A stretch of DNA of 64,000 nt from Lingula anatina (taxonomy: Eukaryota; Animalia; Brachiopoda): positions 7,696,954-7,760,953 of the forward strand of contig CM120644.1 of the NCBI GenBank assembly GCA_051362555.1. The letters are read 5' to 3'. The translations under genes and the position numbers were made by a program. The notes under the pieces are model-generated. The model was not told where the DNA came from. It did no database searches and was given only the letters and a program-made list of their open reading frames with translations. Of this stretch, positions 1 through 11,937 are shown piece after piece. The number at the start of each line of letters is the position of its first letter. Position 1 is the stretch's first letter.

Positions 1-1867
1 GTCCTGACGTGTTGGACCCATTTCACTCTCTCACTCCCTCCTTCTCAACATTAAGAATATGTGAAAAACGCATTTGATATGCCAACTCACTGCATTACTT
101 GACAAATTATGAAGTCCTCATGTTTATGCAGATGGTGAAAGGAGAGTATTGTACCACTGGTATGTGTTAACTCTCCGGACCACCTGTATAACATGAGCGT
201 GCTGTGTCAACCTGTCCGATGATAAATGTCCAAAGACACTGATGTGAACCTTCAGAGTTGTGTATTAGTTTTATCTACTAAATCTGAAATGAAAATTTTG
301 TTTAACGACTTCATAATCGGCAGCGCGTACAGAGTGTGAACGAAGAATGCTTATATACACGTAGGCCTACTAAATAGCCTTTACTTGTCAACCATCCTAG
401 CTTGATTTTGAATTTTTGAACAATAAATCTCATCTAAATTGTACTTTTAAAATTGTTACAAATTTAGGCGGCCGCTTGTGAATAAAGATATAAAATTTCT
501 GAACTATTCTTTAAAAATAATTGGATGTAAAATTGCACAAGGAGTTCAAACGACATCATTATCTTGTCATTTATTATGGCTGTCTCATGATCATACTTTA
601 CTAAAATTTTGAAAGCGCCAGATCCATTAACCGTGCGCTTTTTGATTAGACAAAACCATTTGGTATGTTCCACTATTTCTTAGTGGATCGTTTTGGCTAG
701 GGGGTGTCATTTCCACCCAAGGTACCAGTACACTCCGATAAGACACACAGTGTACATGCCACTTCGCTTAAGCTGCTAGAGTTGTGTTTCATAATTAATT
801 GTATGATATTCGAATTCAGACTAGAAAGAATTTCTGAAACGATAATATCTTTTTCTGTGAAAAAAGCTATGATAAACTTTAAAAAGTTCTGAGCCAAGAG
901 CACCATAATCTCTGTAAATTATCACAGTTATTTAGATGCAATCTAATGGGATGAAAAAGTTGATATAAATACCAGAAACACTCAAATAGCGACAGTTAAC
1001 TTTAACCAAATGAAAATACAGGGTGATATACTATAATATATGCGACTAGCCACAAAGATTACGATGAGTTGCACGCTTGGAAGCCACGTTATGATAAGAT
1101 TTATGACACTGATAAAACTGACATCCGTCTGCTACGAATAAACTGAGAGGTGACTGGGAATTTAGTATCAAGGAAATCATCAAACCACAGTCAGGATCCA
1201 TTGTAAAGTGCACAAACCGCGATACTGAGATTCGTGACGAGAAAGTAAATATACAAACCTCAAAGAGCAGAACGCCATTTTGACAGATCATTAAAGAGCT
1301 AAATAAAGATAATCAAAATAAACAAAGAAACCAGGAATAAGTTGACGGTGAAATTTATTAACTGTTGCGGTCGATAGAAATTGAAGTAATTTAGTGTGGT
1401 GTAGTAAGCTTTGGAATGGCTGCATGTGAAAGACACGCCTGGAAAATCCTGTCGCCAAACAGGTAACGTCCGTGTATTCATTACAGCTAGTTAGTCGCGT
1501 AGACATTTCATTATTCCAATGATTTCATCCAAACTTGATAACCTATATAATTAGCACTATCGGGCAGATTATCAGTGATTTAGAAAGCATCTTATCAGGG
1601 AATGGCGCTTAGCTTTTGTGCTCTTAATGCGTGCTGTGTCACTTATTAATTTTGCGTGACTTTCGTTTAAGATCTTGATCTGAGTAAACTCTATGTCAAT
1701 GGAGGTTTAAGTATAATTTTTATTGACATCTAATAAAAATGGTAATTATTCAACCTGTTTCATATGACTAAAATTGAGCCCCCCCCCTCTATCTCAGCAG
1801 CTGATATTTTTTACTAAACACAAAACAGACAATTTAATATCGCAAACTTATAAATATCTAAGCGCAA

Positions 1868-1875
1868 ACTCTCTC

Positions 1876-1956
<81 letters not shown>
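1868..1956. repeat. (CT)n microsatellite followed by poly(A)
   Basis: Directly visible. Confidence 0.9.
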
Positions 1957-1958
<2 letters not shown>

Positions 1959-3873
1959 GAATTGTGCACGGACACAATCACGCTCCGCACATAGCCCTTT
2001 ACCATTATTTCTCAGTATCGCGCCATTACTTTAACTTTCAACATACTGGAATGACAGAAAGTTGACTTATTTCACTACGAACATTGTAAAAGAATATGGA
2101 ACACAAAAATGGATATTGGGTTCCCACAATGTGTGATCACACAATATGGCCAAGGTGATGTATGTGCCGCTTATTTTAACTGAGACACAGACGGCCAAAA
2201 GGCATACATGTTTGATGTCCAGCCTTTCACCACAGCAATAAACTCAGGAAAATATACGCATGAAAGATTTCAGTTTTGGTAGGCTTAAACGGCCTGTATT
2301 TATATGTTTATTTTAGTGTTGTAGTTAGACAGAAAAGTCCTCTGTAATTGACCGAAACGTGTTTATAGTTCGAAAACATCAAATGAATAAATTATGTACA
2401 TGTACATGTACATGTATATAAATGGTAGAAATGTACTGTTAAGATATTTGGATTGACCTACAGAAGCTCCGTGTCTATCAGTGGTCATTGTCATGTGTTA
2501 AGCACGTCCAAGCCTGGACATACAGTAATGTAGGTACTTGTAGACAAACAATGCATCCATCTCCCTGTCGACCAAAATCAGCGACATCACCGGCTCGTGC
2601 AGCAATTACTACATGCGGCCTTTTATAACACTAATGGTTTAATGTTAAAAGTGGGCATTTATCATCAATTGTCTTTTTTTGTCTGAATTGTGTTTTATAT
2701 CAGGGTAAAATATGAAGGACTTCTGTCAAAAGCTGTGTTAATGCTATTTTGCTTGAATCATTTTGCCTTGGAATGTTTTTATATGATTTAGAAGAATCAG
2801 CCCAGTTTTAACTTCTAAGGAGACTCGTAAAGATCTAACATTTATTCACTGTGTTCTGAAGTAGGCCAGGCTAAGACAATTTGTACCATACCCGCCTTAC
2901 TTCAAAACAACAGCTCATATTTGTACCTCCTCTTAATGTTAGGCCTATATGTGAACTCTTGAAAATCAAGTCTAAAGATCAAGGTGTGAACGCCATTAGT
3001 AGTAGTTTAATACTCATCTGACGTGATAATAAAGTCATCTAGAGGACACGGGATTCTTTATGGACACCTTGTTCTATATGATGGAGTTTCCCAGGCGAAA
3101 TAACGGATAATTCTGCACCTGCTTGTACAAATACTGCTCATGTTTAAGTAACCAATGATCGTCACCGCCCGGTCTTGCATTTCCGACAAAATGGCGGTCA
3201 TTGCACCGTCCCGTCTTCTGCTATCGTATTTAGGTTTTTATTTAGTTAAACGTGACATGTGTGTGATCTTTGCCTATTTTTTTCAAATACTTCAACCACT
3301 AAACCAGTTGCAATTAGAGCTTGAAGTTTTTATATTACACAAACTATTGACAAAGGCCTAGCTACCTGTATTTTGATTACTTACTGAAAAATTCAGTCTA
3401 TTTCAAATAAAATGGCGCTTGATTATTCAAACCATAACTGTCTAATTTCATTTTAATGCAAAAGATCCCCTCCCCCAAACACCCTTGTCCTTTGAACGCT
3501 TCAGTGTTTGAACTCATTGACCGCTTGACGTTTAAATAAGGTAATGCTTTTTGACACTTGTGGCCTTGTTCAACAGGATGTTTTACAAGATATAAAACAC
3601 AGATATAAACAAGAACTAGGTTGTCGAAATCACTGATTATGTACTTGTACATGTCGAATGCGGACAGGTTTTTGGAATGAATTAATAAATGTGTAATGAC
3701 GAATGTGTATATTAAAATAAAAAATAAATACAAGAATTGTGTAACGTTTACGTATTACGGACATTACTTTAAAATTAGAATACATACCTGTACAAAGTCC
3801 ATGACCCAAACAACCTCTCCAAAATGGTGTTATTGCTTATTTGAAAATACACGAATTTATTTATTTATTTTAG

Positions 3874-4489
3874 TCCATCCCTGTCGTTTCTGGAACAACT
3901 ACATCCGTGACACCGTGGACCTGTGCGTATTCTGGCAGTGCGTTCCCCATCTGAGAGACTTCAGCGCCAAGGGGGGCTGGTCGTTCCGGCCGGTCAAAAT
4001 GCCCTGTGCTCCCGGCACCAGTGTTCTTCCTAGCTATAAAGACGGGAGGAAGAACATGTTCGACCCCTATATTGATGAGAATGGGAAGTTTATGAACGTC
4101 AATCCGTGCGTGGGACCTAGGATTGAAAAATGTATCAGGTAAGTGGACGCATGGACACGTACAAGCATGGAATGGAATAATCTCGAGATAGGATTTGTTT
4201 TCCCTATGATGATGAATTCAGCCTACCCTGCCCGTCACTTCCGTGAAATCCGAGTGTTAACAGTTATCATTGGTTGTCACTTGTTACATCCATTTCTTGT
4301 ACAAATATTATCAGTATATCAATATAGTATACAAAACCCCGCCTTAGACAGGCGGAACCGACCCCAGCAAAAGACAAGCCATAATATCTCGTCATTAAAC
4401 AAGAATGAAGCGTATTTTCTTGACTTGCCTTTTTTCGAAGGCAAGTCAAGAACTGTTCAAGTGCACCATTATGCATGTTCTGTAGAAAA

Positions 4490-4532
<43 letters not shown>

Positions 4533-7500
4533 ACCCCAGGGTGGAGTGGACTGCCTGGACGTCGTGGGGAAGCTGCAGCGAGCCGTGTGGCCCTGGTAAG
4601 CAAGTCCGTATGAGAACGTGTCCCAAAGCCGGTGCCTGCCCCGGAGACGAAACTGAAGAACGGCCCTGCGATTTAGGACCTTGCAGTAAGTAGATGTTTG
4701 CATACTTTCTATGACAGGGCTAGTCCTCTTTAAAAAAGTTCGCTCTCATTCTATTGAAAATTGTAGGTCCGTATTATACTTGGCAAGAGCATAGTTGTTA
4801 TAAGTCATATTTTTATGCACAATGGTAGCTGTACCATTATCCATCAGCTGTAAGATGTCTGTAAATACATGTATCACGATGTTCCATGCGGTAGGTACTT
4901 GTACTTTGGATGGTGAAGGTATTCCTGGTAGCGGGCTGTTATTGTCATTCCCAAAATCATCGACAGTCCCAAATAAATTGTCGAAGAATATTAATTTAAT
5001 TTAATTTATAAATCGTATTCCATGTAACGGCCCTCTCATGCAAAGACGTTATCTACGATTCTATACCCACGCAATAATACTAAGTAAAAAGTCTGGGTCT
5101 AAAAGACGCTCCGTGTTGGTCTCGATTTGTAAAGTGTTAGAAAATTAAGATAAAGAAAATATTAACTTCTGTACAACCTATTCACCTGCATGGCCGCTCT
5201 GCAGGGGGTAAGGTATAGGTGGATATCAAAAACGGTTTACAAACATCTATAAGCATTCTGAGGCAGCATTTCTCGGTAATTTAATCATTATGGTGTTCTC
5301 TACAAAAAGTCACTATAGATCCCCTATGTAACGGCTCATATCATCGATACTTAAAGTACACTTTGTCATGAAAGTGGCTCGGAAACATGTTTATGAATGA
5401 TGGACACGAATACACCATGGCTATCTTCCAAACAAGAAAACCTTGTTCAGGGAGATTGATGCTGTAAGGATATCATTAAGGGTGGTACGATGTACAATAT
5501 GGCCGTTGTCATTTCTATGGCAGTCATACGTAATTCGCAGAGATGCCCAAAACATCAACAGCAAATGAAGACACCATGGACACTACACATACAAACTATC
5601 ATGCAAGCAAAATATCTACTGAAAAAAAGTTAATCTTTATGGTCATTCATAGATCTGCTTTTGGCCAGTATCCCGCAACTTGTTTATTTCAAGAAAAAAA
5701 AAATGAGTTAATCCTCCAACAATTAAATAAAAATTGAATACTTTTTTCCTGATGATAAAAATCCCAAATAGCAAATCATACCAAATGACCATCTGACCAT
5801 CTATAACATGAAATACCATTATTTTGTTATCAACCGCGCTCTCTGGCACTAAGTTTTGGATATACTTTGCAGAACAGAGGGGGTTGTTGGGCTTTTTTTG
5901 CTGTTTAAGTTTCTAACACATGTTCATGTTGATTTGTCTAACCCCGTATTTTACCTCTTGGCAGTGAGTGAGTGGAGCGTGTGGGGTATGTGCAGCGCCA
6001 CCTGTGGTGGTGGGGAGAAACGCAGGACCAGAACATGTAAAGGGGACTGCTTGGGCATGTTCACGGAGGAAATTCGTGCGTGTGGGATGGAGCCATGTAG
6101 TAAGTGTGTGCTCATTATGGGAGTCAGGTACATGTACACCTTAAACATACTGTCTTGTTTCTTTGAAATCAGGGTTGCAGATTTCTGTTAAATTGGTGAT
6201 TTCAGATTGGTAACTTAATCCCTTGTTGTTTTGTGAGAGGTTGGTAATTTGTTTGAGGGGAAGGAGAAAGGGTTTCTTTTCCTTTTATTTTTTTTTCAAT
6301 GGAACAAGGACTTTGAGTTTATTCTTTAGATTACGTATTTGCATTATTTCACCGGTTGTTACGTCATATATGTGGATGACGTCATGAGGTGTTGGCACGT
6401 TTTCATAGTCTTTTCTTAATAGTTGGGGAGTGGGTAGCGTGGGAATCCGTTCAATGCAGCGCTCCCTGTGGTGGTGGCACTCAAACCAGAACGAGGCCAT
6501 GCAGCGGATACTGCGCTGACGTGGAAACGTCTCAGACAAGGGCATGCAATACGCAACCTTGCAGTAAGTATATAGCAGCTGATCAGTCAGGTAAATGTAT
6601 GTACGAACGCCAACGGGTACTGGCGTGTTCGGCAAGGCAATATGAGCTTGGCTTTCAACGCCTTTATGCTCGTGCCAATATATCACGAGTACATTGTTTG
6701 ATACTGGTATACAATACACTATTGCATATGGTCTTCTGCGATGTACATTTGCAACAAGGTTCCAGCAAGACCAAATATGTTGTATTATTAAAAAAATACA
6801 CTTTTTTGATGATTGAATACCAAAAAGCATACCGCATACCGTTGGAGAAAAAATTACCGTATGCTACGAACTTGCTATACTTCAATCATCAAACTTGGAA
6901 TCAGTCTCCAAAAATTTGGAGCTCATGATTTATAAAAAATCTCGTTTTTTTTTCAGTTAAAGAATGGACGATATGGGGCGCTTGCAGCAGGACGTGCGGC
7001 AGCGGTAGCCAGGTCAGAACCAGGCTGTGTACTGGCAACTGTGTGGACGTGGTCACAGAGGAGACACGCCCTTGTGGACTAGCACCTTGCAGTGAGTATT
7101 TCACAGTATATACCGGGATATATTTTGGAATCTTATTAGAAATTTGAAATTTCAATATTAATTGATTTTGTTAGAACAACGGTACTAATGAAATATGTTT
7201 GCTTCTCAACAGTTGGCGAGTGGGTGGCATGGGATTCTCTGTCACTGACCCAGACATGCAGCGCCCCCTGTGGAGGAGGCTTACAAACCAGAACGAGGCC
7301 ATGTGAAGGAAATTGCGCAAACGTGGAAACATCACAATCTAGACCATGTAACACACAGCCATGTCGTAAGTAGAAATTTGAAAAAAAGAAAGGAAGGAAA
7401 AATAAATTAACACAAAGTATGGTATTTTGCTTCATACATGGAGAGGGAATATACACTTTGTCTTTATGTTAGTGGCCGTAAATGCTAAATTATCGGGAAA

Positions 7501-10500
7501 AATCAATAAAAAGAAAAGGTTTCTCACAAATTTATCGATAAATTGTATCGTAAAGAAATGACAAGGAAGATCACTTGTGTTGAAATTAAGATAAAATAGA
7601 AGTTGAGACAAAATTAACGTGTCAATCCAACAATTCCTTTACATAAATCGACTTTTATTTCTCAAAAAGAACAGTTATACATTAATATTTCACCTTGCAG
7701 TTTTAGAATGGTCCTCTTGGGGCGTTTGCAGCAAGACATGTGGAAGCGGTAACCAGGTCAGATCACGAGTTTGCAATGGATACTGTGAGGGGAAAAGCTT
7801 ACAAGAAATGCAGTCTTGTAATATGCAGCCGTGCCGTAAGTCAAAGTAGCAAACCCACTGTTGCATATTATGTTTGATTTAAAATATGTACTCCATTCAG
7901 TAAGAGGGCTATGATGACTTCCCACAGTTTATCTAATTAAACTTTATTAACCGTAAAGGTTAGAAAACAGTGTATGTTTATTATTTGGAATTTTTTTCGT
8001 CTTACCTAAGAAACGACATTAAAAATCCAAATACCTTTGATGTAATATATAACACACATAATTAAAAAACCTGGTACTTTAATCAAACATTATATGGTCT
8101 TTGAATATCGTATCTGAAATTAAAAACTTTTTTGGGGAAAATAAATGCGTACATACACAAAACATGATGGCGTTTACACAAGCACGTGCACTTCAACGTC
8201 AGAGCCTCTCTTTCAGTGGGAATGTGGAGTGTGTGGGGCTCTTGCAGTGTAACTTGTGGCGGAGGTGAGCAGATGAGATCGAGGTCGTGTGAAGGAAGAT
8301 GCCAAGGGATCCAAACTCGGGAATATCAGCCATGCGCTCCACAGCCATGCAGTGAGTAACGATTAAACGAATTCTTCTTTTCAACAAAGAAGTTCTGAGT
8401 ATTCATATTTTGGTTTTCCAATCAGCACGATGTATCTAATTCTCAAACATTTATTTCCAACATAATTGTTATTAAATGACTGCCGTGGCTTTTAATGTCT
8501 GATGAAGGTCTGTTTCACTTGTAAAGATTTATTAGCACATTTTTGAAACTTTTTGCTTTAACCTTTCCAGTCGGTAACTGGGCACCATGGGGTAGATGCA
8601 GTGTAAGCTGTGGTGGTGGAAAACAAATGAGATCCAGAACATGTAGTGGAAACTGTCTTGGTGTTTCCACAGAGGAAACCAGAACATGCAGTGAACAGCC
8701 TTGCAGTAAGTTTGCACTAAGGCTTGCCATAACGAAGAAATGTGAATATGTAGCATCCGCAGAAAAAGGAAGTTTTTTTTTGGCGGCATTAATACGCTAG
8801 TTTTAACACAGTTTGAGCTTTAACACAATTGTGCTAAATCTAAATGAATGTGCAAAATATGATTTAATTGTTAACTTTATTTATTTATAACACTAATTAC
8901 GAACCTTTCAGTCGGTAACTGGGCACCATGGGGTAGCTGCAGTGTCAGCTGCGGAGGTGGCAGTCAGATGAGATCCAGAACATGCAGTGGAAACTGTCTT
9001 GGTGTCAGCACAAAAGAAACCAGATCATGCAGTGAACAGCCTTGCAGTAAGTTGGGGCTGGGATTTTGCCTAAATTTCGAACTGTGGGTTTGTGTCATTG
9101 TTTATGGTGCCATTTGAAATGCACGTTCCATCTGCGAAGAACATATTCACTTCCTTGTACTGGTGGAATTACACGTGTGTGTGACTACACTTAGCACGAA
9201 TCTCTCCAGTGAAAATAGGCATAACATGAATGCCTAACGAGTCCACTTTGATTGTATTGAATTTATTTATTTATTTGAAATGTCAAACTTTCAGTCGGTA
9301 ACTGGGCTCCGTGGGGCAGCTGCAGTGTTACCTGTGGAGGCGGCAGCCAGCGAAGAACTAGAACTTGCAGCGGAAACTGCCTCGGTGTCAGCACGGATGA
9401 AAACAGGGCCTGCAATGAGCAACCTTGTAGTAAGTTTAGACTAGCCATATGCGTACATGCACATTGCAGCTCTCAAACAATAAAAGCAATATGCCTTTTA
9501 ACAAAGGTTTTTCCGATCAAATCATAGTGGATTAGCGCAGTGGACCAACTGCTGCAATTATTATCTGTACAGCCTTGTTAAATTTTCTCTCAGATGAATC
9601 AAATATTTTAAAATTGTTTTTAAATTATTGTTGCATCTGAACCTCATTTTGCTGATTATCGGGCTAGGCTCAGAAACTCTAAACTCATACCCCTCAGAGT
9701 CAATGGGACTCCATGGGGTACTTTTAGAAATAACTACACAGCAACTTGGTTTAAAATGTTAATTTTATATGTGACTTTTTGTTAATTTGAGAATTATTCT
9801 TCACCTTCAGTCAGTAATTGGGCGCCATGGGGCAGATGTAGCGTCACCTGTGGCGGCGGAAGTCAACTCAGAAGAAGAACGTGTAGTGGAAATTGTGTTG
9901 GTGTCAGCACACAAGAAACTAGAACGTGTGGCGAGCAGCCATGTAGTAAGTTCACGTCCCATAGATTTTTGGATGCACTTTTTGAATAGTAGTGAGAGAC
10001 TATGATATCCGATTCGTGTATTAAATCACCCTGTTTTATGCGTTTTAAGATTTTTTCTTGAGACTTAATCTACCGTATCAATATTTTGAAGTTAACGTAC
10101 TTTGCTGTGCTTAATTTTTTCCTATCATAATCTCCTCTTGATTATCATTTATATATGAGTTTTTTTAATGAATAGCGCAATAGTTACCACGGTGACTAAT
10201 TTTACTCTCACTCTCGGAAACTCTACTCTTTCATACAACATACATTAGTCAATCCATTTCAATAATAAATTAATAAAATAAATACTACCCAAGTATATGT
10301 TAACAGTCAGTTTCTTTTTTTAGTAAGCGAATGGGCGTTGTGGGGCAGGTGCAGCGTGTCTTGTGGCGGAGGAATACGCATACGTGAACGGTTGTGTTCT
10401 GGCAACTGTGTGGGCGTGGTCACAACCGAGAAGGAGGCTTGTAATACAAACACGTGCCCAAGTATGTGTATATACGTTCGTAATTGTTATCATATTAATG

Positions 10501-11937
10501 AATTCATTATATTGGAGACATACATTTTAAAGTTCGCAAACAGTCAGTTAATTTTCTGTGTTCATAAGATTTATTAAGTTTATGTGCTAATTTACTTTTT
10601 TATATGTGCTTGTTTCTTTGTTTTCATATTTATCCTTTCATTTTTCACAACATTACACATCTAAGAGAACAGAACCTGTGAGAGGAATTATATAAGATTG
10701 TATAAACAGTATAAGATTGTCTTAACACACAACTTTATTTCAGTCTGGGCTGAGTGGTCGGAGTGGAGCCGGTGCTCAGTGAACTGTGACGGTCCGGGAG
10801 AACAGCTTCGCACGCGTACCTGCATGTACGGGGGCACCCCAGGGGTGGACTGCCCGGGCCTTGCGTCACAGACACAGATGGGCTGTAACCCACAAGCCTG
10901 TAAGTATACTACATATACATTCATATAACAACTAGGGATGCTTTGATCGGTAGAAAGGGTGGCTGGTCTTGTTGGAGTCAAAATGTAGGAGTACTCACGC
11001 CAGGCGCCATGAAATATCGCAACATTGCACCAGTATGCCCCTCGAGCACCGTAGCAGAAAATACACACAAAAAAGGCATGTTTATCCAATCCAATGAGGG
11101 TTCTGGTCATGGACCTTATATATTTGTTTATCTTATAAAAATTAATGTTGCCTCAATTGACATTCTCCGTACATTTCATTCAGGTAAATGTGAAAACATC
11201 GACTACAAGAACTTGGACACACCCGATGACGGCGATGGCGACTGGGAGATTGACATAGATAGAGTAGGTTCCCGTATTGACCTCACTCCCAACTGAGTTT
11301 TCATTTTGGCTCATATTATATGTAATTTTTGATTAAATTGTGTTTCACATAACGACGTAATTAGACTATACACAGAAGTCAATTGAAAAAAAAATCTCCT
11401 CTGTAAAAATAATCAACTTTTCCGGTTGCCCTACATGAAAATCGGACTTGATGGACTTAAGTTTTTTCAGTGCTTGTATGATGGTTCCATGTTCACTGTT
11501 ATCATAATTCTATTGTCTGACACGAAATATGATATTTAAAACCGATGATTTTTTTTTGAAAAGTTCTATCTGCTTCTCGTAAGGACTGTTAATAATATCT
11601 GATGTCATTTTAGGGTTGCCCACCTGCCGACGCTGACGGAATCCCTTACGTGGCAGTTGCTATTACCTGCAGACGCGTGGACACAAAAGAGGACTGGAGT
11701 CAGTCTATCCCCAATGCTCCAATGCCCCCCAACACCGACACGCCGTTTGCCATCCCTTGCCTAGCATCCGGTACCCCAGAGACCTTCTTCCTCAAGGGTT
11801 TCGTCTGTAACCATGCCAACGCGAAGAAGGTACCCGGATGGGAAAAGAAATGCCCGGATTTTGAGGTCGCCGCTAGGTGTTGCCAGCAAAAGATGCCTTC
11901 AATGCCCAATAATTCCACTTATGTTAAGAATAGATAA
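3874..11937 (+). CDS. Secreted-type matrix protein: divergent chitin-binding type-2-like module + 13 thrombospondin type-1 repeats + C-terminal Mucin2_WxxW/CysD-like domain (5' exon(s) not resolved)
   Basis: Phase-compatible GT-AG exons: 3874-4138 (CVFWQC...MPCAPGT), TSP1 exons 4540-4685, 5965-6099, 6423-6563, 6957-7091, 7213-7365, 7701-7835, 8217-8351, 8571-8705, 8912-9046, 9295-9429, 9811-9945, 10324-10461, 10744-10899 (typically WxxWGxCSxTCGGGxxxRxRxC...C...PC), then 11184-11263 ([12 protein letters not shown]) and 11614-11937 (GCP...ITCRR...GFVCNH...[11 protein letters not shown], stop TAG). Confidence 0.88.

Noticed and set aside
1774-2034. ORFs with SLSLSL/poly-K or poly-F tracts (similar ORFs at 22212-22637, 29527-29855, 33387-33674)
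   Set aside because: Translations of microsatellites and homopolymers.
2109-2533. Possible 5' exons of the TSP1 gene (MDIGFPQCVITQYGQGD; KLRVYQWSLSCVKHVQAWTYSNV)
   Set aside because: Phases are compatible but there is no signal-peptide character and the splice sites are weak; cannot be supported without transcripts.
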